Below, in pieces: positions 34,895 through 48,096 of a stretch of DNA of 64,000 nt. Location: positions 930,001-994,000 of the forward strand of contig OZ287085.1 of NCBI GenBank assembly GCA_965645245.1. Reading direction: 5' to 3'. A model generated the notes under the pieces. It was not told where the DNA came from. It worked only from the letters and a program-made list of their open reading frames with translations, and ran no database searches. Position 1 is the stretch's first letter. Every line of letters starts with the position of its first letter. This DNA comes from Massalongia carnosa (lineage: Eukaryota). The translations under genes and the position numbers were made by a program.

Positions 34895-36606
34895 CAGTCA
34901 GATCGGGTTATAAGAAACTCCAAAATCGTAGCATCTAGGTTTCTTATTAGGCGAGGTTTCTAATATCAAAATTCTTAGCATATTTTCAAGACTATACCTA
35001 TCGACTATCTAATGACAAAGAAATCCGTCATTACAGCTTGCCTAGAGCTTATCGCCATTGAGGTTTTGATATCCCACTCTTTACGATTCAGACGACGTAT
35101 CAAATCATCGTCACCGACCTCTCGTTGCTCCTCATATAACCGTAAAGTTTCAAGAGCTCGTAGAGCGTCCTTTTCTAGGACACGTGATACAATGACCTCC
35201 TCCTCCGTCTCGTATTCCCTTTCATGGCCATCATATATAGCAATCATGTGATCCTCTAAATCCTCTTCGGTATCCTCTACCACCTCTTCAACAAGGTTCA
35301 GAAACTCGCCAATACGCATGGCGGTTTGTATATGACCACGGTCTTCCAAACGCCGTATTGTAGCTTGTATCTGTAGTCGTTGCTCCGTTTCTTGCTCTTG
35401 CGCCCGAGTCTCATTGAGATAGCCATAATTCTTTGCCTCTTCTCGAGGCATTGGCCCATATTTTGCCCCGATTACACGAGATTTCAGTCAACCTTACGAC
35501 TTACATTGTCATTAAACCAGCGTAAATACTCCCGAAATATATCGCCCGACATCCAAGCTCTGCTGTTACTGCGTCATAGCATATGCAGGTTACAAGCGTG
35601 AACATCCTGTGAACCAAAAGCACGCGGATTTTTGGCCGTCCCAATGAATCATATGAGAAGCTTGTAAGTTCCAGTAGAATTGCAACAGAAATTTCCAGTA
35701 ATTCTCGCTTTTTCCACCTTGCCGCCTGGGAGCTATTCCGTACCCAATGTAGTACTGAGTGTAGCCTTCCAAAATAACGCAGTTTCATCCACGTTGTAGA
35801 TATCTTCCTGGTCGTATGATAATAGCTGTACCCGTATTACTTCTAGCTCTTCTTCAACCTCCACACGCTTGACGGAACCGAGCTCGCCGTGTTGTTTATG
35901 TTTTCTAATCTTGTATCTTCTTTTGAAAGAATCCAGCTATCCAATAGAGAACCTGGGAGATGGTTGATTACGGTACAGAGGCAATCGTTTCCAAAATTTC
36001 AAGGCCATTTCTCTTAACAAATCGCCCGACAAAGGCGCTCTTTTGCGTTGCATGCGCTGTTGTCATATAAATAAGGCCGTTTCTAAGTCAGGCCAATGTG
36101 CAGTTCAAGTTTTCTTCAGATTCGGGCGTAGCAATGCGTGAGATGTATCCAGATGAGCTCATTTATATGAGAGGATTTTGGAAACTTGTCCTTTGTCAAT
36201 TTTATGACGGTAAAGATTATCAAACCAAACGGCCAGTTTTTCGTATTTCTTGTCATCTTCAGATACAGCAGGATCTTGGTAACGCTGTCGTAATGCTCAT
36301 CGTTAGTCGTCGGTAAAGGCGTCACGCTTTTTTCTGCTTCTCTCTCTGAGAGAAAGCGGGGATGTAGGACGTTTTCGAGGATTTCGAGATGGAGTCTCCG
36401 GATTTTGACTATTATATCTCAAAGAAGTCGAAGGAGAAGTCATATTTACTATAAGAAACCACCGCAACAATTTTAGAGAAAGTTAAGAAACTTTCTAATG
36501 GAGCGAGGTTTCTTATCCCTTACCAGAAAAAAACCGGTCTTTTCGTCCGAGTTTCTTACTAACCGAGGTTTCTTAATCAGCAGTTTCTTATAACCCGATC
36601 TGACTG
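34895..36606 (-). mobile_element. Tigger/pogo-like DNA transposon (Pogo-D), degenerate, probably internally deleted
   Basis: 25-bp TIR CAGTCAGATCGGGTTATAAGAAACT; TA flanks. Minus-strand CENP-B HTH remnant (WPDLETALF...FKRRYKIR...HGE) and IYNVDETALFWK; acidic C-terminus 35005-35451. Confidence 0.88.
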
Positions 36607-36952
36607 TAGTACTGAAGTAGTAATAATGCGGAGAGGACGTCGTGCGGATAGGACCAAAAATTCTCCTCTTGCCTCCAACCGTATTACATCGTTTACTTCG
36701 GAAAACTTGCTAAATCAATTGATCCTATTGATATCAGTCCGTATCGCGAAAAGTACGTTCTTTTACGTTCGTTGTGGTCCGCGAGAGGTGGTCGTTGTTC
36801 GCGTTTTTCATGTTTTGATGTTCCGGAAAACCACGCTAAATCCGTCCGTTCAATGAACCTGCGAAAACCCTCGATTCGGTTTAACGTAGTCTTAATCGGG
36901 TTTATAACATTTACAATTATCTAATCTCTTCGCAACAGCAACGACTACCGCT

Positions 36953-38101
36953 ATGTCTTTGTGTTGAGGATAGCCGAGATGTCTGCTTATAGAAAATGGC
37001 ACTAACCCCAATGCGCACTAGCTATTGGAAGTATTTGGATTGGCCACCTTGGGATTTATCATCAACATCCCGCGTCTGATATTCTAGGAGACATTCGAAC
37101 ATTCTACAGTGGATTGATAATGAGGCAAATATGTCAGCTTTGGAACTCCGACAAAGACGAGCTTACATATCAGCATTTGACTGACCGATCACATAGAAAG
37201 TGGGAGAATCGTGCTCAAGGCAGGCAGCGGTATATAATGGGCTATATGCCCCCATAGATAGCCTCAGTCATTTTCAATCAATCATTAGTAGCCTGCCATT
37301 GGATCAGCTTGATCATCGCACGTACTTTTTGCTGTTGTTTCCTACTTCCACCCCTATAATCCGTAGCCTCCGCAACACTTTGCAGCCTAGCTCTTCTCCG
37401 CGAGAAATCGTTTCTCGACTTCCCATTCCGTTATGACAATCGTGTTCTCCCCGTAGACCGCATAATGAAGTGAATTCTCCGGAAAATCCTCCCGCAAAAC
37501 GCGTTCGTCTTATCTTACGACCACCGAAACGTTCTGTTCGTCTTTTCCTGCGTCCGCCTGCTCCTCAAAGAAGTTCGATTGTATCTCCGGTCACTTCTCC
37601 GTCTTTGCAGAGTTCGCCTGACAGTTCAATGACGAATTCCGTTTCTCCCGTATCGTCGGCTTTCCACTCGCCAAGCCCGCCAAATCGAAATGATTTGAAG
37701 TTGGAAAATCCGAACATTTGGGAAGAAATGCTGCTCAACGAAGCAGAAGCGGGTCAGAACCATCACAACCGAGCTCTCGGTTCCGTAAGGTCGAGTTTCG
37801 GACGTATTTCTCCATCCGTTGCGAGTTTCAGACCTGTTTCTCCACCTGTTAATCATCGTGAGTCACGAGGAAATCGTCGAACACGTCGTCGCGAGCGTAC
37901 TGTTGCAGCCCGTGACTATGCGGCTGCAATTCGTGACTTTCCTGCCGCATTTAAAAGTCAGTACACTTTGGAATCCGCGATACGACGAATTCAAAACATG
38001 AGAGATCATTGCAGATACTGCGGTGCGTGGCATTGGGAAACGAAAGCTGTTCAGAGTGACAGAAGACGAGATCGAGTATACGAATCCTGTTGCAAGCGAG
38101 G
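36953..38101 (+). pseudogene. Probable Helitron Rep/helicase N-terminal fragment, interrupted by a solo LTR and truncated
   Basis: MRDHCRYCGAWHWET...YESCCKRG matches the C..C.A.H/F...CC..G motif near Helitron RepHel N-termini. The frame from ATG 36953 rejoins after the LTR and one TSD are removed. Confidence 0.6.
36962..37377. mobile_element. Solo LTR (416 bp), copy 2
   Basis: TGTTG...CAACA termini; 5-bp TSD CTTTG; one A/T difference seen versus 10205-10620. Confidence 0.95.
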
Positions 38102-41003
38102 TGTCACGGAATCGCTTCGCACCCTCCCGCTCGTCCTGATCGGGTTAGTATTTAACAGGGCCCATTGCTGTGAAACCTCACCCATCGTGCTCAGGCGTTC
38201 TTCTGCCGCCCTCAGCGCACTATCAATTTCCTACAATCCGTATCCAATCTCAACGTCTCTACTATTCAGGCTTATAACTAAGAGTGCTTCAGCACAGATA
38301 AAGGCGGGATAGGTCAAAGCAATCATGTTAAGGAAATTAGTAACGTAATTCACTAGTCAACGGGACAAACCGCTCAACGGGACTAAGAAAATCCGAAAAT
38401 ATCGATTTTTGGACTATCTTACATGTTGAAGCCTTTTTATCATACATTTTCCATACAAAAGTAGCTTCAAATAATAAAACTAATCAATATCATCTTATTA
38501 AACAGTATAATCATGGCTGTTTGTAAAAAATCCACCTCTAAAAAAACCTCCAAGCTTCCTTCTTCCCACCCCACCTCCGCGTATCAACAACGATTACAAT
38601 CAGCTTTTCTGGCCTGGAAACAGACCGACAAGACTCTTTCCATCACGAAGGCAGCTGCTCTGTATGGCGTTACAAAGTCCACCCTTCATGCTCGCATTCA
38701 GGGTCGTCAACCACGATTTTCATCCGATCAAGTCAGACAGCTGTTGACACCCGAAGAAGAGGACGCTTTGAAGGACTTAATTTAACAATTGTACGCCTGG
38801 GGCTGGCCTGCTAAAGTCGCTCAATTGCGTCAGATGGCTATCGAATTATTGCGAGCAAGGGAAATCATACTGCCCTGGGAGTTAATTGGCAACAGCATTT
38901 TTTACATCGTCATCCCGATTTGCAGGCCAAATATAGTCGCACATTGGATCAAGAACGATTATTTGCGGAGAACGAATAGATTTTTAAACATTGGTTCGAG
39001 CTTTTTCTTTCCGTCAAACAAAAACAGGGAATTCTTGATGAAGACATCTACAATATGGATGAAAAAGGGTTCATGATAGGGGTAGCCGCTAGTGCTAAAG
39101 TGGTAATATCTAAGCACGAAAAGCAGGCCTTTTCAGCACAATCAGGTAATCGAGAATGGGTGTCATTAATCGAGGCCTTTTCTGCTACTGGAAGCAGTCT
39201 ACCCCTCTTCGTCATTTTCAAAGGGGTAAACAAACCGAAGGCCTGATTTGATGTTCTGGAAGATATTCACAGCGAAATCGCCACCAGCGAAAACGGATGG
39301 ACAGATAACGAACTAGGTGTCGATTGGTTGAAAAGATGTTTTGAACCTGCTACTGCAAAATATTTACATGGTGATTATCGACTTCTGATGGTAGACGGTC
39401 ATGCTTCTCATATTTCTACTGAATTTATCAAGTTTTGCAATGAAATGAAAATAATTCCTCTGTGTCTACCTCCTCATACTACACATTTACTACAACCTCT
39501 AGACGTGAGCGTTTTCGGTCCCCTGTCTCGGGATTATAAAAACAACTGGAGGCCGTCACTCGATTCAACGTTTGTTCGATTGACAAGGTGGACTTTTTGA
39601 AGATCATACAGAAAGCAAGAAAAGAAGCAATCAACACAAAAAACGTGCTCACTACGTGGAGAGTCACCGGATTAGTGCCATACAATCCTTCTCTAGTTCT
39701 TCAGAAACTCACTAATAAACAAACGGTGTTGCGAAAGACTGACAGCATAATTACCACGACCATAACCACTACTACCACCACCACCACTTCCACTTTTACG
39801 AATGTCGGAATTGATCCGGAGACCACGTCGGTCTCTGCCCCTGACACTCCGATAATTCAGAATTCTCAGAAAGCTTTCATCGAGGTGGAAAAGACACCTG
39901 CAAATATCGATCAATTAGATCTATTGATTCGTCGAATTCGATCTGATGAGAATTCAGACTCGACACCCGCCCGAGCGCTAAACAAATTGATAAAGAGGGC
40001 CAAATACGCCTTTGCCGACTCTACCTTGCTACAAATTACCAACAACGAGCTTCTTCAGGCCAATTTACGGCGGCATCATCGAGCCAATCGTAGCGGGGCT
40101 CGCTCGAGTCCTGAGCCTCGAAGACGTTCAACAAAGACAGCAATGGGCTAAAAATCAACAGAAGGTGAAGGATGACAAAAAGAAGGCCGCTCAGTTGAAA
40201 CGAGCGGAGCAGGATCTTATCAAAACCTTTAGAGAAATGTGTCGATTTGGGCCTGATTTACTAGGACAAACGTCTACATCCCCTACGAAAAGTCCTCAAA
40301 AATTCCCTGTAATTCACAAAAGAAGGCCTGTAAGTCCTTCAAAAGAATGTTTGTTACCCCCCTTCATGCTTCATCCAATCACGGAGGTGACAGAGACGGT
40401 GGAAGGGGCAAAGGAGGTGGTAGAGGTGGTTGAGGTGGTGAAGGAGGTTCAAACTACCAGACGGGGTCGTATTGTTCGTCCACCGCGTAAAATGTGATTG
40501 TTAGTAAACTTACATGCAGATGATCATCATTTTTACAATTATTAGACATTGAAGCCGAAACTGTATGCAAAATGGGTGGGAGGGAGGCTTCAAGAATTAA
40601 GCGAAATTTAGTTAGTCCTGTTGAGCGGTTTGTCCCGTTGACTAGTGAATTACGTTATAGGAACAGAGATGGGGCAAGTCGAGAATAGGAGAGTTGAATA
40701 CCATGGCTATAAAGTCAATGTGGTTTCCCAGGTGTTTAGAGCTCTTCATCGGACGTCTTGTGTATTATTCTCAACTTCTAGTTTTAGCATATCTAGATAT
40801 CCGTTCTGCAAGATAGAGTCTTGTATCTCTCCAGCCCTCCCCTGACACGGAACACTTACCTTTGCCCTGACTGAACCGGATTAAGCTTAGTTCCTTTCGG
40901 ATCGGCTAGCCGGCTAGTGCTTCGTTCAAGCAGCTAAGGTTGGTTCAATGAACTAAGGTTGATTCAATAAACTAACTGGCAGGTACCCAGTCACTCCTTG
41001 ACA
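38102..41003. mobile_element. LTR-like fragments split by Pogo-E; boundaries ambiguous
   Basis: Candidate starts TGTCACGG (38102) and TGTTAAGG (38326); candidate ends CCTGACA (40847) and CCTTGACA (41003). No TSD found. Confidence 0.35.
38343..40655 (+). mobile_element. Fot1-like (pogo) DNA transposon (Pogo-E)
   Basis: ~42-bp TIR ACGTAATTCACTAGTCAACGGGACAAACCGCTCAAC; TA flanks. Transposase 38513-40497 (psq HTH, YNMDEKGF, VDGHASH, PPHTTHLLQPLDVSVFGP) with stops and frameshifts. Confidence 0.94.
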
Positions 41004-41399
41004 GTAATCCTGCGAAAGAGGTTAGCGTTAGCAGTAGCCCTAATTAGTTTAAATTTTAATTTGATATATCACTACTGACCTTTTCTGCGGGATGAAGTTC
41101 ATTCAGCAACTTTCTTCGTCTCTTATTCAACTCAGCAGTAGCTTGGGATTTTATATAATCCCAAATAGACTTCATTCTGACTTTTTCTGCATCACCACTC
41201 AACTTACTTTGACCCAGAGACCGACCATCTAAACTATCTTTCAGGGTCCGATTTCTGCTGAATCATCAAATGACTGACGTTGACCCAATGGCTGACTTCA
41301 TTCAGACTTTTGTTGCATCACCACTCAACATACTTTGATCCAGAGACAGACTTCGGAAATTCAGTTCCAAGGTTTGATCCTTGCTGCATCATTCATTAA

Positions 41400-43211
41400 C
41401 AGACTTTCTGACTAGTCTACGCATATACAGATGGAGTAATCAGACTTTAATTAAGCAGAACGCCTCAATCGGGATATTTTGGTAACTGCACAGACAAGTA
41501 TGACCCGCTCATTGCACAACTCCGCAGGGACTGGACGCACGACACCACAAACCTTTCGGAAACAATAAAAATCCTCATAGCCTATGCACGAAACCTAACT
41601 GTCAAGGCTTTTCACACTGGCGCTTCCAACAGAGGTAGAACACCTATCGGAAGTTGCACCGTTCCAGTGTGTGTGTAAATAGGAACAGAACACGACATTG
41701 GCCAGATGAGTGTTTCCAGAAATTCCCCATCTAAAACGGGCGAGAGGAGACACGGCTGATACAGGGAGGGTCAAGAGACAAAAGAACTCCAAGCCAGAAT
41801 TCACCACGTCAACTCCAGACACCACAGTCACTACAATTCCCACAGTGAGCAGTTGACTCACAGTGGTCATGACTACCACTCTACAGAAGGTCATGACCAT
41901 CAACCATCTCAACAGAGACACCTGGCTACTAGACAGCGCAGCGGACATGCACGTATGCAATCACAGGCCGTCGTTCATCAACTACATAACACGCTCCACA
42001 GGTCTGGCAGGATCTACATCAGATGGCACGTCTCCAAGGAGGGGAATGATCCGGAAAACGTTGGCACTACAGGACGACTCACCCTCGTCAGTGTTAATAC
42101 TGAACAACGTTCTTTCATTCCACAGTGTCCAGTGAACCTCGTCAGTCTGGCACTACTCAACCAAAACAACATCTACTATGACAATGTTAACTGGACCCTA
42201 TTCAACGGGATTAGTCAGAACATCATAGGCTATGTGCCAAGAGTCAATAAAAACTTTGTACTAAATACCTTGGACGCCCCAGACGTGGCTACACATCTTA
42301 TGTAGACAGATGAGAGCACCTTTCAGTGGCCGAACACATCAGTCTACCACACGTCAGCCATAACAGACCTGTCAACATGGCATGCGCGTCTTGGTCATTT
42401 AAACCTGATCACCTGCCGAGCTTTTCTGAAAAGACTCGATGTGTCGTACTCAGACAACGTGAACAAAGATTGGTACTGTTCATCCTGTGAACTCGGAAAG
42501 GCCACTAAGATATACAACCGGACACCTCAGGAGAGAGCAACAGGCATCTTTCAAAGGGTTCATTCCGATCTAGTAGGACCCATCAAACCAGCAGGACTTC
42601 TTGAAGAACAGTACTTCTTTACCTTCACCTGCGATGCCAGCAGATACACTCATGTGTATACAGGCATCAAGAAGAGCGAATGGTTTGATCATCTGTTGAC
42701 ATACTACAGTCTAGCTCAGAACAAGACAGGAAAGAGCAAGCCAATAAACATCTTTCGAACTGATTTCGGCACAGAACTTCGAAGTCTGAAATCGGATGAT
42801 TGGTTCCTGAAAGAAGGGATAACTTTTGAACCCTCCGCACCGTATTCACAGGAACAAAACGGTTTGTCTGAACGAACAGGCAGAACTATCATGGACATGA
42901 CTAGATGTACCATCATTGCAGGAGGCATTCCGGACTACCTATGGACAGAGGTGGTTTTAGCTATGGTTCACACAAAAAACGTCAGACCTACAGATGCTTT
43001 ATCCGGAAAGACCCCATTTGAAATTTACGAGTCAAAGTCACCTCCTCTGAATCATCTGCGAGTGTTGGGATCAACCGTGTATGTCCTCATTCATGAGGAA
43101 GAACGCAAAGGCGCTAACAGCAAATCGGCCAAATTTCTACCTCGGGCCCAACGCGGAGTCTTGTGTGGGTACGATGGATGCACGATCTATCGAGTCTTTA
43201 TGGATCAGTGA
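41400..43211 (+). pseudogene. Ty1/Copia gag-protease-integrase fragment (RT/RH absent)
   Basis: WLLDSAADMHVCN protease; WHARLGHLN and CSSC; VHSDLVGP, FRTDFGTE, QNGLSERTGRT, HLRVLGS. PR-IN order is Copia-type. Confidence 0.9.
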
Positions 43212-44160
43212 CTACTCGGAATGGCGAGGCCGATAAGCTGCCAAACTTTCGGTATGCATTTCGAAAGAGTCATGCAGGAGTATGGTGTTCTGTAGAACGT
43301 TAATGTTCTCTTTGGAGAAGACAAACATCGCTTTTTAAGCAAGCCGTATTGTCAACAAATCATCGAAAGCCAGAGCGACAGCTTTTAGTGAAAGCCACTA
43401 TCCTCTTCACTGTCGTCGCTCTTTTGAATGGCTCATTTCGTCATACCGATCCGGAGATCACTCTGCAAATGATTCGTTTGAAGCGGAACTGCCCGGCTCT
43501 CCTTGAAAGTCTATTATTCCACGGGGATCGCCCACAAACAGATGATCAGGAGTCGACAAATAATTTTCTACTAGAATCTCCCTCATATTTAAAACCTGCA
43601 GTGCGGGGAAAGCTCAAACTTTCCTATGCACAAAATCAAGGTCTTCCTATTAGAATAACCAACTCCACAGAGCTCCGATTTAGGCAACTGATGCAGACTG
43701 CTATGACCGGGTATGGCCTTAATGGCGTTCAATGGGGAAACAGGCCTGTGTACTGGTATAAAAAATGCTCCTTTACTGTCAGCTCAACCGGCAAACGTTT
43801 CTCATTGCATATTGGCGACTTTCTTGGGCTCCGCTCTAGCACATATGCTTAGCTTCGACAAATTTATACTCACTATCTACGATTTGAGAATATTCAGCGA
43901 GTGATCCTTTGGATTCGACTGCTAAAGACCGCTTCCTATAAAGACGAGGTCCTAAATTTGAGCATCTTTCAATTGACAGACACGGATAGAGTGATCTCGT
44001 TATTCTTTGTTGATCCAGATAAGATCTACATTGTTCCTGTTAATCGTACGCTCAATGAGCCAGTATCCTCACATGTCGTCGTGTCGACAATAAGTTCAAA
44101 CAGTAACAAAGAATCAGATATGGATTTGTTACATCGTATATGGGAGTCAACTTTTTGTTA
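43212..44160 (+). pseudogene. Possible CACTA/Plavaka-like transposase C-terminal remnant
   Basis: Across small frameshifts: LPNF..GMHFERVMQEYGVL*NVNVLFGEDKHRF, resembling the H..H....YG....E..H..K block of EnSpm/CACTA-related transposases. Confidence 0.4.
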
Positions 44161-44899
44161 AATAAATAAACTGATGTTGTGTGAATTTAGGACAATACTT
44201 TCGCTAGCCCCAAAGATTAATGGTGATCTTCATTTCACTTAATCTATCCTCTTTCATCTTTACCTTTCTTCTCATCTTTACCTTCCTTCCTATCAGTCAT
44301 TGATTTATTCTTTCAATCCTGTTGCTCATTCCTTCTTCATTTGAGTACTACTATCGATCTCTTCTCGATCATCAGTTCTTAAACTTGTATGATCGCCTGA
44401 CTTGATTTTGAGATACAACCTCATCACATATTACACTATTATAAGTTTCAGCCTCTACTTATCCACATCATGAAAGAAAATTTTTATTACTTATGATATC
44501 TTCATCTAAAGCTTTTAACTTACCTTTTTTCAGGTGATCCCGATCACGCCTAGAATAACGAGGAGAGCAGTAAAGAAGAATATAGATAAGAAGATGGCGA
44601 ATGAGAACTTGGAAACTCATGCCAAGCTTTTCAAGAATGAGCTATATTGAGAAGAAGAAGCAGAGGAGTCCCAATGAGTACATAGAGCTCACGCCTGATT
44701 GGCTTATCCTTTATATCGATATGAATCTGAGGAGCAAATAAAAGCTAATGTATGAATGCAGGATATTTGTTCAAGCCATAAAAGATTGAAAGTGCAAGAA
44801 GACGGAGAAACGACAAATCACAGCTATTCAGAAAGCTGGAGTCGATAATTTCTCACACATCATAGCACCATTTTGACATTTAACTCTCGCGAGTGCCTC

Positions 44900-46350
44900 C
44901 CTTCTTCTCAGTAGACTCGACCGTATGCTTCGAAAAATAGGTCATAACACCTTCGTCAACGATATCAACCGATTTTCGAGCAAAAGGCGTGACTGCTCAT
45001 CATATCATTAATCTTGTGAAAAGAGAAGGAGACTCTGATGTTACTACTGGTTCGGAAAAACTCAAATTTCTGACCTACGGTGCTCCCACCATGAGATACA
45101 TACTATATCAAATTCATACTTATGTGTTACCTCATACCATTACGGTCAAGCCACGAAAGCTGTTGATTACAGGAGATGTACCACTCAACGCCTTTTTCTG
45201 GGATAGTGTGTGTAATTTTGCATACGTGGAGACCGAAGTGTTAAATGCTGGATTGACGGATTTAAAGCGCGTGAATCTTGTCAAAAGATTCAACGATTCT
45301 AAAGTTGCTGATTTTGATAATAATGTATCAGGTGTCGGCACAAGGAGTAAATCTGGATCGATGTTGTTGTCGGGTTTTAGTGGCAACGCCAGCCATCAAT
45401 GCATTTTCAGAAATCCAGGCTTGATCTCGAGTAATTCGGGTATGTTATCTGAAAAGAGCGTGAAATTCCTTCGTATCGATACGAAAGACTAATCGTCGCA
45501 TTTTCTTGGAAGTTTCTCAAACCGAATCGGTGTTGGTTGTTCGAGTTGTGACGAAGAACTCACATGATCAATATCGATACTCCGAGCAAACAGAGAAGGC
45601 CGTGGTGGACTTAGCCACTCGATCCTTTTCGTCAGAGGTGTAGAACCTGCTTGTGGACTTATTGGATGAGTCGAATAAATACGTCAAAGAGGCACACGAG
45701 AGTCAGAGAGGACACGAGATTCTGAAGGAAATGAATTTTCTTCGCACAGAGGATTCAAATAATCCGACGAATGTCGAGTTTGACGAGGAGATCGGCGGTA
45801 GATTAGCTATCACGGTGCAAGATTCAATGGACATTAATCTCGAAAGTACAGTCACGAATCCTGCATCCCGAAAACGTCAGAGACCTGACAGATTCGCGGA
45901 TACAATGCTGCAAGATGACGAAGAATTCGAGGTGACATCGGATAATAGTGCTGCTTTTCTAAGTGATGAAGCCGGAGATGAGATAACTGCCTTGAAAAAT
46001 ATTGTTTTGGAGACGACAACGATCAAGAAGTTGAGACAAAATTACAGCAAACTAACTTCAATCGAGCAGGAGAAATACAATCAAGATAAAATGAACTTGC
46101 GACACTTGTTGCGCTTGTCACCGACAAGAATCTACATTTTCGAGGACTTAAGACGTTGAAATACTTGATCGAGCGTTGAAGCTACTCTTTCATGCTCGGT
46201 TTGGTCAAGATCAGCAATTTATGAGGATTAGTCCACACGTCACTTACGATAAATTACCAAGCAAAGTGTCGAATGCCCTCAAAGCTAAATTACAGGTGGA
46301 AGAACAACATGTCAAGCAATGTTTGAGCGTACTAAATGCTGCTGAAGTTT
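44900..46350 (+). pseudogene. SNF2-like helicase C-terminal lobe remnant
   Basis: RVNLVKRFND, then after a frameshift LILIIMYQVSAQGVNLDRCCCRVLVATPAINAFSEIQA*SRVIR, a likely intron from 45440, then VSQTESVLVVRVVTKNSHD. This resembles SF2/SNF2 motifs V-VI. Confidence 0.6.
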
Positions 46351-47944
46351 TGTGAGAGTTCTTCTCATTCTGCTGACAATGATGATACAACTACAGCTAG
46401 CAGACGATAGAGAACCTAGAGTCATGTCAAAGCAGACTCTCTTGAAGAAGGCCGTTTCCGATAAGGCCATTTTCGAGGACGTCTACGAGAAGGACATTTC
46501 CGAGGAGGCCGTTTTAGAAATCTCCTCTGCAATCTCCTCAGGCGAGAAGGGTTTGTCAGGTCAGAACAGCTGAGTTTGCCGACACTCTGCATCATAAATT
46601 CGGTGATTGATCTATCGTATTCAAACTTGTATGAAAGAACTGAGACAAATTTATTTATTGCGTCAGGCTGCTCTTTCTTCTACATGGTCGCTTGATACGT
46701 TGTGTTCTCTGCGCATATTGCAATTGAAGCTAACAATCTTATTCTTCAGATCTTAATGGCACGTCTCTTATCTGCTTTGTTTCATCGGTCTCATACATGT
46801 TGTGAGAGGAGGTACGGGAATAACTCGATAGAGTTATTCAAGACTAGATCGTCCGAGACAGCAACGAGAACGGGAAACATGGCATGAGGATGATAGCATT
46901 CATAGAGCTGTAAATTAGAAGCTGTCACTAAATCAATAACTTGTTTCTCAAATCATCATTTGTGCGAATACAGCATGTGAACTCGAATACAACTCAGCTA
47001 TGACGAGGTTACATGGACGTGATATCTCTTTTATAGGATTGTTTTCTGATTGTTTTATTCGGAATACGATCTTGAAGGTCTTGAGATCTTATCAAAATTA
47101 AGACGATCTTTAAATCATTGTCAGATGCTCTTTAATGGAAAGCACTGTTCATGCCAATATAAATTTTCACTGAGATATATCCTTCTCCAGACTATCGTAT
47201 TTCTCAAATGATATCAGACTTTAAATGATCTGCGGATATTTCTCACCAAACACAAGCAGAATTTTAAGCTATCTTACACGTGCAGGATAATGTTGAATCA
47301 TCTCAATCAGGATAGTGCTCAAAAAAACATTCAAACCGGGAACCTTCCGGTATACCTAGTTTAGCGAAACATGTCCGGGATCTTGAGACTATCTCAAGAC
47401 CATGTCCGAATACCCCTAACCGCTCTTAAGGTATTCAATAATTGTTATTTCAAAAAATAAAACTTACTCCTTCTCGAAAGCCCGCATTTAAAGACAACTG
47501 AGATAATCCTTTGCTGTATTAGGACTTTCTACAAGTAAGAATGCTCAAATAATCTTTGCATGATTAAAGTGCCCATACCAAGAGAAGGATATTGTAAAAC
47601 TTTATTATATCGGGCAGAAATTACTTTGAGATATCTATCTCCGCGATCTACGCCTTCAATAAAGTATTCCCACTGATTGTCTTTTTTGATAAAGCCGCAT
47701 AATATTCTTCGTTGATCTTGAGGTTTTCTGGCTTCGTTTTGTACATACCATCGAGATGTGGTTTACCATTGATTCTAGAAACCTTTATTTTCCTTTATCC
47801 ACACAAAGTGTCCTTTTCAAAGCAAAGCAGAAACTCGCACTTTGAACGATTCGAAAATATCGCTTTCATTGTCTTCCGGATTAAATGGAGTAGATGATTA
47901 TAAATAATCGCATGAAGAGCTCGACATTTCAAAGAATCTCTCGT

Positions 47945-48096
47945 TACGCCGCACAACGGGTCGGGTTTCTCTATTGAAAACCCAACCCGGTTGTGGCGAA
48001 CCCTATAATTACTGGTGTCCGGGTTGAGTTTCGAAAGAAAAACCCGGTGGCGAAAAAGCAATTTTGTGGCGAAAACCCAACCCCTTGCTCGGCGTA
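47945..48096 (+). mobile_element. hAT-type MITE (152 bp)
   Basis: TIRs tacgccgcacaacggg / ccccttgctcggcgta; flanks tctctcgt / tctctccg (6/8). Confidence 0.85.

Noticed and set aside
10205..37377. One giant 27-kb LTR element carrying a kinase
   Set aside because: Each 416-bp LTR has its own distinct TSD (AAAGG, CTTTG), so they are independent solo LTRs.
47050..47930. Possible degraded minus-strand gene
   Set aside because: Too many stops and no motif I can identify.
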